Shown here one piece after another: positions 1-10,300 of a stretch of DNA of 53,979 bases. The stretch's first letter is position 1. Every line of letters begins with the position of its first letter. The notes beneath the pieces were generated by a model. The model made no database searches and was not told the origin of the DNA. It worked only from the letters and a program-made list of their open reading frames with translations. The translations under genes and the position numbers were made by a program. Where the stretch lies: assembly GCA_052055015.1 (NCBI GenBank), contig JBQJIT010000026.1. The stretch is one strand, 5' to 3'. The DNA is from Malassezia furfur (taxonomy: Eukaryota).

Positions 1-3000
1 TGGCGAGGGCGGCGCGCGGGCCGCACCCGGTGCGGAAGGCGCGGCCGAGCGTGAGGCCCGCGTCGCGCACAAACATGCCACGGTGCATCACCGAGTCGGC
101 CAGCGGCGCATGCACCACGGGGATGCTCGGCGTGGCGGCAACCGACACCTCGGCGGCGTCGAGCGCCTCGTCCGCCGTCGCGTCTGCGTCGAGCGCCTCG
201 GCCTCGTCAATGTGCACGTCGTCGGCAGCGTCGCGCGCGACGTCATACGTGGGACCCCGAGGGGCGCCTACCGCCGGTCCCTGGGGCGGAGGCGCGTTCC
301 CAAAAAAACTCGCACGCATCACCTGCACTTTGCGCGGCAGCGCATCGGTCGCCGGCGCATCGAAGCGCGCACCGACAGCCGGCGTCGCGGAGCGGCGCAG
401 CGCGGGCGTCGCGCCACGCGTACGCTGCACGGCTGGCACCCATACGTCGGGCCCGTGCACATGGTCGTCGCGCAGCTCGCTCTCGCGCATCGCGTTCGAC
501 GAGCTGCTCGTGTCGCTCTCGGGCTCGTCACCCAGGTGCATCGCCGGCACTTCGTCCTCCTCGTCCTCGCCGTCCTCCTCGTCCAGCTCCGCATCTTCCA
601 CAGGCTCGTCGCTCTCCGAGTCGTCCAAGCCGTAGCGCGAAAAGTGCTGCACGACAAACGTCCACGTGCCGCTCTCCGGCTCGTACGAAACAAACTCGGT
701 GTCCTTCTTGTTCTTGAGCTTGGCGATGTGCTGCTTGACGCGCGCGTGCGCCGGGTCCGTGAGCGGCTCGCGCGTTGCGCGGTCCAGCGGCCAGCAGCCC
801 TCGAGGCTGACGCGCGCGGGCACGTTGAGCCCATGGCCGAGCGGCGCCTTGGGCACCGGGACGTAGCCCGACTTGAGCCCATCGAGCGGCGTGTCCGACT
901 CGAGGTCCTCTTCCTGCGGGTACACGAAGCACTCCTTGGCACGCAGCTGCACGACGCCGCCGCCAATGTACGACAGGTCGGGCAGCGTGGCGAGGTCGAC
1001 CGGTTCCAAGAACGCCACGGCGCCAAAGCCCACGCGCGACACCGTAAAAGGCTGCACCGCCGCGAGCCGCTCGTAGTCCATCGCGCGCAACTCGGCGAGG
1101 GGCGGCGACAACACATAGTCGCCGTGGCGCGCAGGCGGCGGCGACGCGGCACGCACAGGCGACGGCGCACGCGCCCCTTTCGTCGGGCGCGGCACCTCAC
1201 GCGACACCGACACATCCGCGCGGTCGTCGTCGAGGACCGGCGCCGCGCTGAGTGTGCTCGTGTTGCCCACGTCTGCTGCGCGCTCCACGGCCGGCGAGAA
1301 ACGCGCGCGCGGCGTCGAGAGGCGCAGCGTGTCGCGCCGCACGCTCGGCGAACGCGCAAAGCTCGCGTCGCCGTCAAGCACGAGACGCTTGCTCGTCGAC
1401 CGCGGGATGAACGCCTGCGGCGACAGCGTCTGCGTGTCGCTTGGGCCGCGGAACAGCATGCTGCTCGAGCGCGCGGGCGTCATGGAGCGCGACGCACCAA
1501 GGCCGGGCGTGCTTTCGCGCAGCGGCGTCCGCTCCCGCGGCGACAAGTCGAGGCCGGGCGTCGCGCCCCGCAGCCGCGTCACCCGCACGGCGTTGCGCGG
1601 CGAGGAGCGGAAGGGCGACACAAGCGGCGCCTTGCTCTTGGGCGCGACATTGAACGGGAGCGGCGGCTGCGACGCGGCATTGGGCGCCGCCGTGCCGAGC
1701 AGGCCGTCCGTGCCGAACGGATTCGTGGTGAGCGACGCGGGCGACGCCGTCGCCGCGCCGGGCGCACCGCCGCCCAGCGTCGGCGCACTGCCCGGGGCCG
1801 GCGCCGACGCGCCGAGCGGCTTCGCAGCGCCAAATGTCGACGCACCAAACAGTCCACCGCCCGTAGACGCCGGCTGGCTCTGGCCAAACAGCCCGCCGCT
1901 CGGCGCCTGGCCAAATGTCGAGGTGCCCGTGTTGGTGTTGGACGCGGGCGCCTGGCCAAACAGCGACGTGCTCGGCTGGCTCGGGTTCGACGCCGTGGTG
2001 TTGTTGTTGCCGAACGAGAAGAGCGACGGCTTCGACTGCGTGTTGTTGGCCCCCGCGCCGCCGGCTGCGCCACCGCCAAACAGGCCGCCGGTCGATGGCG
2101 CGCCCGATGCGCCCTGCTGGTTGTTCTGGCCAAAGAGCGACGTGCTCGGCTGCGACGTCTGCGACGTGCTCGACTGGCCGAACAGCCCCGTGCTCGGCGC
2201 GCTCGGCTGCGCGGGCTTTGCGCCAAATAGGCTCGAGCCCGAGGACGCCGTGGTGCTCTGCCCAAACGCGCCGCCGGACGGCTGCGAGGATGCACCGCCG
2301 AACCCAAAGCTCGGCGCCGCCGTCGCAGGCTTGGCACCAAACAGGCCGCCGGTCGTGCCACCGGTCGCACTTGCGTTGGTGCTCTGCCCGAACGCGCCGC
2401 CAGGCGCACTGGACGGCGCACTCGCGTTGTTGTTCTGTGCACCAAAGCCCCCGAACGAGAACGCAGGCTTGTTGGCCTGCGTGTTGTTTTGTGCACCGGC
2501 GCCAAAGCCGCCAAACGACGGCGTCGAAGACGCCGCGCCGGGTGCCGTCGACGGCGCACTGCCAAACAGGCCACCGGGCTTAGGCGCATTGTTGGCGTTG
2601 TTCGCCCCGAACGAGAAGGAGCTCGTGGTGTTTTGTGCGCCACCAAACGGCGTCGCACCCGGCTGCGTGCCGGTGCCGGTGGTGCTCGATGCGCCGAACG
2701 AGAACGGCGTTGACTGCGGCTGCTGCGCACCGCTACCAAACCCGCCAAAGGCGGGCTTGGCGCCCGTCGATGCGTTGTTTGCACCAAAGCTAAAGCCCGT
2801 TGAGCCGGACGACGGCTGTGTCGTCGCGCCCGTGTTCTGCCCAAAGCTGAACCCGGTCGAGGGCTGCGTCGTGCTCTGTCCGAACGGCGTCGCACCTGGC
2901 TGCTGCTGCTGCTGCTGTTGCTGCTGCTGTGCGCCTTGGCCGAACAGCGGCATGCTCGACGTCGAGCTGCCGAACGCCGTGCCTGCCGGCTTGTTCTGCC

Positions 3001-3940
3001 CAAACAGGCCCGCGGACTGCGTGGGCTGTGCACCGAACGCGGGCGTCGACGACGCGCCGCTCGGCTGGCCAAACAGCCCGCCGGTGCTGGGCGCCTGCGG
3101 CTGCTGGCCAAACAACCCGCCGCCGAGCGGCTGGCCGAACGTCGACGTGGGCTGCGAAGGGTTCGTCGCGCCAAACGCGCTAGGCTGTGCGCCCGTACTC
3201 GCACCAAACGCCGGCGTGGTGCTCGGCATCGCGGCACCAGGCGCTCCCGTGCCCTTGGAGCGGCCCTGGCGGTAGTCCTGCAGACGCAACTCCTCGGGGC
3301 TCATACTCGCATACGCGGGCATCGACGCGATGGACTGGTGCACGTCCCAGTTCTTGGCGTGCGCCTTGGGCTCGTTCGGCGTCGCATCCTCGCGGTAGGG
3401 CGCGTAGGGTGTCGTGGCCGTGCCCTGCGTAACCGAGGTCGCACCGAGCGGCGCGCCGCCAAATCCGCCAAACGCGGTGGGCGCCGCCGGCTGCGGGGCG
3501 CCCGTGTTTTGCTGTCCGAAGAAGCTGGTGTTTTGCTGTGCGCCAAAGCCGACGCTTGGCTGCGCGCCAAATGCCGTGGGCTGCTGCGCAGGCTGCTGCC
3601 CGAACCCGAGCGTGGGCTGCGAAGGCTGCGGCGTGGACGAAGCGCCAAACGCGCCAAAGCCCGTCGCCGGTTTCGGCGCACCAAATGTGCTGCCCGAGTT
3701 TGCCTGACCGAACGCGAACGGCGCCGGCTGCTGCGATGTGCTGGTCGGCTGGCCGAACGAGGTGCTCGGTTGCGACTGCCCAAACGCACTGGTGCCGGTA
3801 CTGCTCGGTTGGCCGAACGCGCCGAACGAGGGCGTGGCGCTGGTCTGGCCAAACATGCCGCCCGTGCCCGGTGCCGATGCGGCGTTAGACGCCTGCTGGT
3901 TCTGTTGGCCGAACCCACTAAAGGACGACGCGCCAAACAT
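1..3940 (-). CDS. NUP98: Nup98-Nup96 nucleoporin precursor (Nup145/Nup189-like), 3'-truncated by the window edge
   Basis: Absent from the ORF track because it has no stop in the window. Manual translation from ATG 3940 (MFGASSFSGFGQQ...) gives FG/GLFG repeats, a GLEBS-like segment (HQSIASMPAYASMSPEELRLQDY, ~3272-3340), and an autopeptidase domain ending GTWTFVVQHF|SRYGL (HFS codons 646-638, in frame with 3940). An acidic Nup96-like N-terminus follows (KVQVMRASFF). Confidence 0.93.
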   Translation of the reverse strand, partial: MFGASSFSGFGQQNQQASNAASAPGTGGMFGQTSATPSFGAFGQPSSTGTSAFGQSQPSTSFGQPTSTSQQPAPFAFGQANSGSTFGAPKPATGFGAFGASSTPQPSQPTLGFGQQPAQQPTAFGAQPSVGFGAQQNTSFFGQQNTGAPQPAAPTAFGGFGGAPLGATSVTQGTATTPYAPYREDATPNEPKAHAKNWDVHQSIASMPAYASMSPEELRLQDYRQGRSKGTGAPGAAMPSTTPAFGASTGAQPSAFGATNPSQPTSTFGQPLGGGLFGQQPQAPSTGGLFGQPSGASSTPAFGAQPTQSAGLFGQNKPAGTAFGSSTSSMPLFGQGAQQQQQQQQQQPGATPFGQSTTQPSTGFSFGQNTGATTQPSSGSTGFSFGANNASTGAKPAFGGFGSGAQQPQSTPFSFGASSTTGTGTQPGATPFGGAQNTTSSFSFGANNANNAPKPGGLFGSAPSTAPGAASSTPSFGGFGAGAQNNTQANKPAFSFGGFGAQNNNASAPSSAPGGAFGQSTNASATGGTTGGLFGAKPATAAPSFGFGGASSQPSGGAFGQSTTASSGSSLFGAKPAQPSAPSTGLFGQSSTSQTSQPSTSLFGQNNQQGASGAPSTGGLFGGGAAGGAGANNTQSKPSLFSFGNNNTTASNPSQPSTSLFGQAPASNTNTGTSTFGQAPSGGLFGQSQPASTGGGLFGASTFGAAKPLGASAPAPGSAPTLGGGAPGAATASPASLTTNPFGTDGLLGTAAPNAASQPPLPFNVAPKSKAPLVSPFRSSPRNAVRVTRLRGATPGLDLSPRERTPLRESTPGLGASRSMTPARSSSMLFRGPSDTQTLSPQAFIPRSTSKRLVLDGDASFARSPSVRRDTLRLSTPRARFSPAVERAADVGNTSTLSAAPVLDDDRADVSVSREVPRPTKGARAPSPVRAASPPPARHGDYVLSPPLAELRAMDYERLAAVQPFTVSRVGFGAVAFLEPVDLATLPDLSYIGGGVVQLRAKECFVYPQEEDLESDTPLDGLKSGYVPVPKAPLGHGLNVPARVSLEGCWPLDRATREPLTDPAHARVKQHIAKLKNKKDTEFVSYEPESGTWTFVVQHFSRYGLDDSESDEPVEDAELDEEDGEDEEDEVPAMHLGDEPESDTSSSSNAMRESELRDDHVHGPDVWVPAVQRTRGATPALRRSATPAVGARFDAPATDALPRKVQVMRASFFGNAPPPQGPAVGAPRGPTYDVARDAADDVHIDEAEALDADATADEALDAAEVSVAATPSIPVVHAPLADSVMHRGMFVRDAGLTLGRAFRTGCGPRAALA
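2900..2929 (-). repeat. (CAG)n microsatellite encoding Gln10 in the Nup98 FG region
   Basis: Plus strand reads (ctg)6 ttg (ctg)3, in frame with the NUP98 ATG. Confidence 0.9.
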
Positions 3941-4336
3941 TCCCACCGCCCGCGTCGCGCACTCGCCTAAACGAACGCACCACGGATGCGCTGTGACGCC
4001 CGCGCACGCGACGAGCCACGGGCCGGAAAAAGGGGCACGTGATTATGGAGGAAGAAACGACGTACATTGCTCGCCTCAAACAAGGGACGCCTACTTACGA
4101 GAAAAATTGCACCGTGCAAATGACACAAAAGGGGCCATGCAGGGGCCGAGGGGTAAAGGGGAAGAGTGAGGGATGTCGGCAGCAGACTAGGGCGCCAACC
4201 CGTTGCTGCGCGGCCCCACCCGTAGATCAAGTCGCGGGGGAAACCAGGAAAGAGAGGGGAAACGTAGAGGGGAACGAAACACCATCAAAGAGTCCATCGC
4301 ATAGAACCAAATCGTGCAGCACAAAGGGATCGTTGC

Positions 4337-7300
4337 TTAGAGCTCAAAGCGGTACGCCGGGGGCTCGGTCCAGAGGTCGCCCAGCACCTCCTTCGTGTGC
4401 GTCTGGTCAAACTGGGGCAGCTGCGCAAACTCGCCCTTGGCCACAAAGCCGCGCAGAGGCGCCAGAGGGTTGGTCGAGTTGGGCTTGGCCGCCTCCTTTT
4501 GGAAGGCATCGACCCAGTCATCGTACGCAACCATCTCAGGCTGCTTGAGACCCTGGGGCGCAGGGATGTCCTGGAGGTCGAGCGGTGCCTCGTTGCGGAT
4601 GTGGAAGACATCGTAGTTGCTCGTCCACGTCTTGGGCGACGCCACGAGCTTACCAAAGATCTCCGAGAACCAGTCGGCGGGCGTCTCGGTAAAGACGCTC
4701 TTGGACCGCGGCGCAAGGCCGAGCTCCGCGCAGCCCTTGTACAGGCGCCACAGGAAGCTGTCCTCGTTGGGGTGGTAGCGGCCCGAGGCGCTGCCGCCGA
4801 GCACACCGGGGCGCACCGTCATGGCAGGCACACCGCGCTCGTGCATGCGGCGCGTGAGCATCTCCGACACCCACTTGGACTGCGAGTAGCCGTTGAACAG
4901 GCCCGTCTTGAGCGTGTCCAGGTCGAGGTCCTCCATCACCACCTCGTCCGTCTTGGGCTCCGCTGTGAAGGTGAGCCACATGTTGGTCGAGCCAATGTTG
5001 GCCACCGCCTTGACCTTCTTGTCCGACGCCAGGCGCAGCACCTCGCGCGTCGAGTGGGTGTTGACGGGGGCAATACCCTGGTAGCCAATCAGGTGGTCGG
5101 CCTTGCCACTCGCGTGCACGATCAGGTCGACCGTCTCGGCGAGCTTGGTCCAGTCCGCCTCGGACAGGCCAAGGTGCGGCTTGCTCACGTCACCCGACAC
5201 GACCGACACACGGTTCAGCGACTTGAGCGACTTGAGCTCGCGCTTCTCGGCCATCTGCTTGATGCGCTGCAGGCCCTCGTCGGGCGAGCCGCGGACCAGG
5301 GCGGTGACGTGCGCGTTGGGGAGCGCCTCGAGCACCGCCTCCAGTGCCGAGCTGCCGAGGAAGCCCGTGGCGCCGGTCACCAGCACCTCTTGCTTCTTGC
5401 TCGGCTCGAGGATCGCCGGGTCAAACGGCTGCAGGTGGGCCACCGTCTTGGGCAGGTCGTCGAGCTTGTCGACCTCCGAGGCGTAGTCGAACTCGGCAAG
5501 CGGCGCCGTGACCTTGCTGGTGGGCGTCGCACCCGAGGCCGACGCACCGCCGGGCGCAGCGGCGGTCTTCTTGGCCGGCGCATCGCCCGTGTTGCCCTTC
5601 TCGGGAACGCCACCCTCCTTCTCGGCGATGGCGTCCGCGACAATCTGGCGCAGCGCAGCAATCGACACGGGGCCGAGCAGCTGCAGCTGCGTAACGGTCG
5701 CGCCAAACTCGCTCATGAGGATCGCGCTCAGCTTCGAGGCCGAGAGCGAGTCGAGACCGAGCGTGGACAGGAACATGGTGTCGTCCACGGTCTCGATGTC
5801 GACGTTGAGCAGCTTGCCGAGGAGCGTGCCAACCGGGTCGGCCTCTGCCTCGCCCTCCGCACCGTCGTTGTCGGCATCGTCGTAGTGCTCGACAAGGTGC
5901 GAAATGGACCAGAGGTTCGCAGGCGAGATCTCGTGCATGACCTTCCAGTCCATCGGCTGGATGAAGTAGCCGGCGTGGTTGGTGCCGCCCATGATGAGAC
6001 GCGCGATCGACTGCGCAATCGACGTGCACAGCTCACGCGAGTTGCATGCCAGGGCGTCCATCACCTTGAGCGCGGCGTTGTTCGACTTGGAGCGCATCTG
6101 GGCGTACACACCAATGTCCGAGATGGCGGGCACGGCGTACGAGATGACGTTGCGGTGCTCCTGCGCGAAGCGGTTGAAGTAGGCCTGCGCCGCGTTGTAG
6201 TTCGCCTGACCGGGGTTGAAGAAGAGCGCGGCGGTCGACGAGAACAGGAAGAGGAAGTCGAGCGTCTGGATGTCGATCAGCTCGCGCACGACGTTGAGCG
6301 CGCCAATCTTGGACTTGACGACCGTGTCGAACTTCTCCTTGTCCATCTTCATGAACTGGTCGTCGCGCAGGACGACCGACATGAGGAAGATACCGCCGAT
6401 CGGGCCGAGGCTGCGCGCCGTGTCAAACACGTCGTTCATCGCCGACGGGTTGAGCGCGTCGGCGGCCATCACCTTGATGGTCACGTCGGGGAACGCGGGG
6501 TCACGCACCAGACGCTCGAGCGCCAGACGGTCCGAGCGGGAGATCTGGCCGCGGCGACCGGTGAGCACAATGTTGCGCGCACCGAGGTACATGAGGAATT
6601 GCGTCAGGCGCGGACCGAGACCACCACAGCCACCGATCAGCACGTACGACTTGCGCGGGTCGTACACCTTGTACGCGTTCCACAGCTTGGTGCGCGCGTC
6701 GGGACCGATCTCGGACGAGAGGTCGGTCACGATCTTGCCGATGTGCTTGCCCGACTCCATCAGGCGGTACGACTCGACCAAGCCGTTGGCGCCCTCGAAC
6801 TCGTGGCCAATCAGGCAGCGGAACGGCTCGCGGGCGTGCTCGGCGGCAATCTCGTCGAGGAGCGCGCCCATGCGCTCGGGCGCGTGCACACCGAGCAGAC
6901 CGAGCTCGACGGCGATGTAGTTGATCGCCTTGGCGAAGCCGGCCATCGACATGGGGTTGCCTGCGAGATGGTCACGCTTCGAGATGTCGACAAAGCGGCC
7001 GAGGTAGCCGAGCGACTCGATACCGGCCTGGAGCGCAGCGCCCTGCAGCGAGTTGAGCACCACGTCGAAGCCCGTCTTGCCGCGCTTGGCGAGCCACTTG
7101 AAGCCGGCCTGCTGCCACTCGGCAATGCTGCGCGAGTTGGCCATGTTCTCGTACGGAACGCCGAGGTTGTTGTGCAGGTAGTCGCGCTTCTCCTGCGACG
7201 ACACCGTGCAGAACACCTCGAGACCCTTGCGCTGCGCAATCTGGATCGCGCACAGACCCACACCACCGGCGGCGGCGTGGATGAGGATGGTCTCGCCCTT

Positions 7301-10300
7301 GCGGATCTGCGCGAGGTGCACCAGACCGTACCACACGGTGCCGTACGCAATGGGGTACGCAGCGGCCTCCTTGTTGGTCATGTTGTTGGGGATCTTGGTG
7401 ATGGCGTACTCCGAGGCCATCGCGACAGTACCCTCACGGACACCGCCCGAGGTACCCATCACACGGTCGCCCACGGCCACGCGGCGCACATCCTTGCCCA
7501 CGGCCTTGACCACACCACCAAACTCCGACAGGCGGTCGGTGGCGGGGAGAAGACCGGTGGCCGACAGAATGTTCTTGAAGTTGAGCGCCACGGCGTCGGT
7601 CTGCACGAGCACATCGTGCGGGGCGAGGTGCGGCGGGTAGTGCGTGTGCGGCGCAATGGCTTGCACGCTGGCCGGCTGGCCCTCGATGAGCTCGAGCACC
7701 CAGTCCTGACCCTGGAACTCGGTGGGGTGCATCACGGTCTGCTTCACGAGACGGCGGCCGTACAGGCGGCCGTTGCGGATGATGTTGAACACCTCCACGC
7801 TGCCGTCCTTGACCTCGTGCTCGAGCAGGCGGTCGAGGATCGCGTCGCGCTGGCCGCGGGTGTAGGCCTTGTCGAACGCCACGTAGACCGACTTGAGCGT
7901 CGGAATCTCGTTGGTGATCGTACCGGCCAGACCCAGACCACGCGCACCGTCGGTCGAGTCGTCCGCAAGCACCCAGAGCTGGCCCATGGGCGACTCGCCA
8001 AACGCCTCGCGCACGGCCTCGACCACCTCGTACTCGGTGTCGGGCTCGTGGTAGTAGGCAAGCACGTGGTCGTTCACGCGGCGGAAGCGGCCCGAGCTGC
8101 GCGGCTCCTCGGCAGGCATCACCGAGGGCAGCGGGAAGCTCGGCCAGGCGTTGTCGCCGCGACGCAGGAAGCCGACGCTGAGCGTCGGGCTTGCCTTGCT
8201 GAACGCCGTCACGCCGAGCGCCTCGAGCGACACCGGGTTGCTCGTGTAGAAGAGCTGCGCAAGCGACTTGGCCGCAGGGTTCACCTCGGCAAACAGGGCG
8301 TAGCCGCCAGGAACCAGCAGCTCGTCCACGGCCTTGACCGCGGTCGAGGCGTCCGTCACCGAGCGCAGCACGTCGCTCGACACAACCAGGTCAAACGTCG
8401 AGGGGATCGTGCGCTGGAAGTCGGCAATCGCCGCCGGCACGTCGTACGGGCCGGTGAAGAAGGCATCGGTGCCCTTCGCCGGGTTGGCCACGTTCAGACG
8501 CACCAGGTCGATGTACAGGCCGCGCTTCTGTGCCCACGCCACAAGCGGCTGCAGGTTGAGCTTGCGGCGGCGCGCGTACAGCTCGAGCACGCGGAACACG
8601 CGGCGCGGCTCCTGCTGCAGCGACGACGAGATGAGCGACTGGGCCGCCTCGACGACGCTCTCGCCCACCTCGGCACTGACGCCGGGCAGGTCAAACAGGC
8701 GGTCCTGCAGGCCGTCGGCGCACACCTTCGCGGCACTGCCGCGCTGGAGCGCCTCGGCGACCGCGCCCTCCTCGTCGTGGGCGGCCATGTCCTGCACGAA
8801 GCTGCTCGACAGCTGCGGCTGCAGGCGGTACTCGTCGTTGAACGAGGCGGTGGCGTCAAACGCACGCGGCTCCCACGACTCGGTGTAGGCCTCGCGCTCC
8901 TTGACCGTGTCCTTGATACGCGTGCACTCGAGACCACGCAGGAACGCGAGCGTCTTGCCCGTGTTGCGGTCAAACATCAGAATGTTGTGCTTGATGTGGT
9001 GGTCGTTCGAGATGAGCGTCTGGACGTAGAGCACGATCTGCTTGGCCGCACGCACCTCCTCGGGCGTGGCGCGCATCGCGAGGATGTCGAGGTGGTTCGG
9101 CAGGAAGGCGTCCACACCGAGCTTGCTGCCGTCGAAGGGCAGCGCGGGAATCCACGTGCACAGGAAGGCCGAGTCCAGCAGACCAGGGTGGAACACCATC
9201 TGCTGCGACTCGGGGTGCGTCCAGAGGTCGGGGAGCACGTCGACAAACGCGAGGTAGTCGTCCTCGCGGGTGGTCGAGCCACGCACCTCGTTGATCATAC
9301 CAAAGGCGCCCGTGTGCTGCGAACCGTTGGGCTTCAGACGGTCGTAGAAGGTCTGGCCGTCCATGATGATGTCAAAGTGGTCGAGCCAGTTCTCACCAAA
9401 CACCTCCTGCAGCGAGTCGGGGCCGACGCGCGTGTACTCGGTCGACATGTGACCCGAGGCGTGCAGCTGGTCGTAGATGATACCACCGTCGTTGACCGCG
9501 TTCTTGCCCGAGGAGCGGAACTCCCAGCCGCCGTTGATGCCCGTCTCGACAAAGCGGGCGTACTTCGGCTGGCCCTCCTCCTCAATGACAAACGCACGGT
9601 GGATGTCCATGTCGGTGATGGTGCGCGCACCCGCCTCGAGCGCCGACTCGGCGTAGCCGGCACCGGGGAAGATGATCGTGCCACGGATCTTGTGACCCTT
9701 GGTCCAGCTGTGCGTCTGCGCATTGATACGGAGCATCTCGCTGCACAGCGGCGGACCCGGCGGGCGGCAGCGGATGTGCTCGGGGAAGCTGATCTCGGTC
9801 GTGCGCTTCGGCTTGGGCAAGAAGGGGTACGGCGGCAGCTCCGGCAGCTCCGAGTTGATGCCGAGCGGGCAGTCAACAAAGTCATCCGAGTACAGCTTGT
9901 ACACGATCATGTTGCGCTCGCCCGCCTGCATCGACTGGCCAACGGCAGTGAGGAACTGCGTGACCTCGCCGGGGGTGTCGCGCGTCTCGCCCTTCTTGAA
10001 GTTGGGGCGGCGCGCCGACGACACAATCGTCGTGCGCTCGGCCTCGATGGCACGCGTGATCTCGTCCATGTACGAGCCCAGCACCGAGTGCGGCGCAATC
10101 TCGACAATCAGCAGACCACGGTCCTGCTCCTTACGGTACTGCTCGAGCGCCTCGATCGACTCGCGGAACAGCACAGGCGAGCTGACGTTGTCCCAGCAGT
10201 ACGCGGCGTCGAGCGACTCGCCCACCTCGTGCATGCGGCCGTGCACCGTCGAGATGAAGCGGCGCGTCGGCACGTTCTTCTCGGCGTCGACCAGCGGGTA

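Noticed and set aside
1254..3275. 673-aa plus-strand ORF with PN/PK repeats and a poly-Cys run
   Set aside because: Antisense reading of the Nup98 FG repeats (TTTGGC reads as CCAAA) and its poly-Gln tract.
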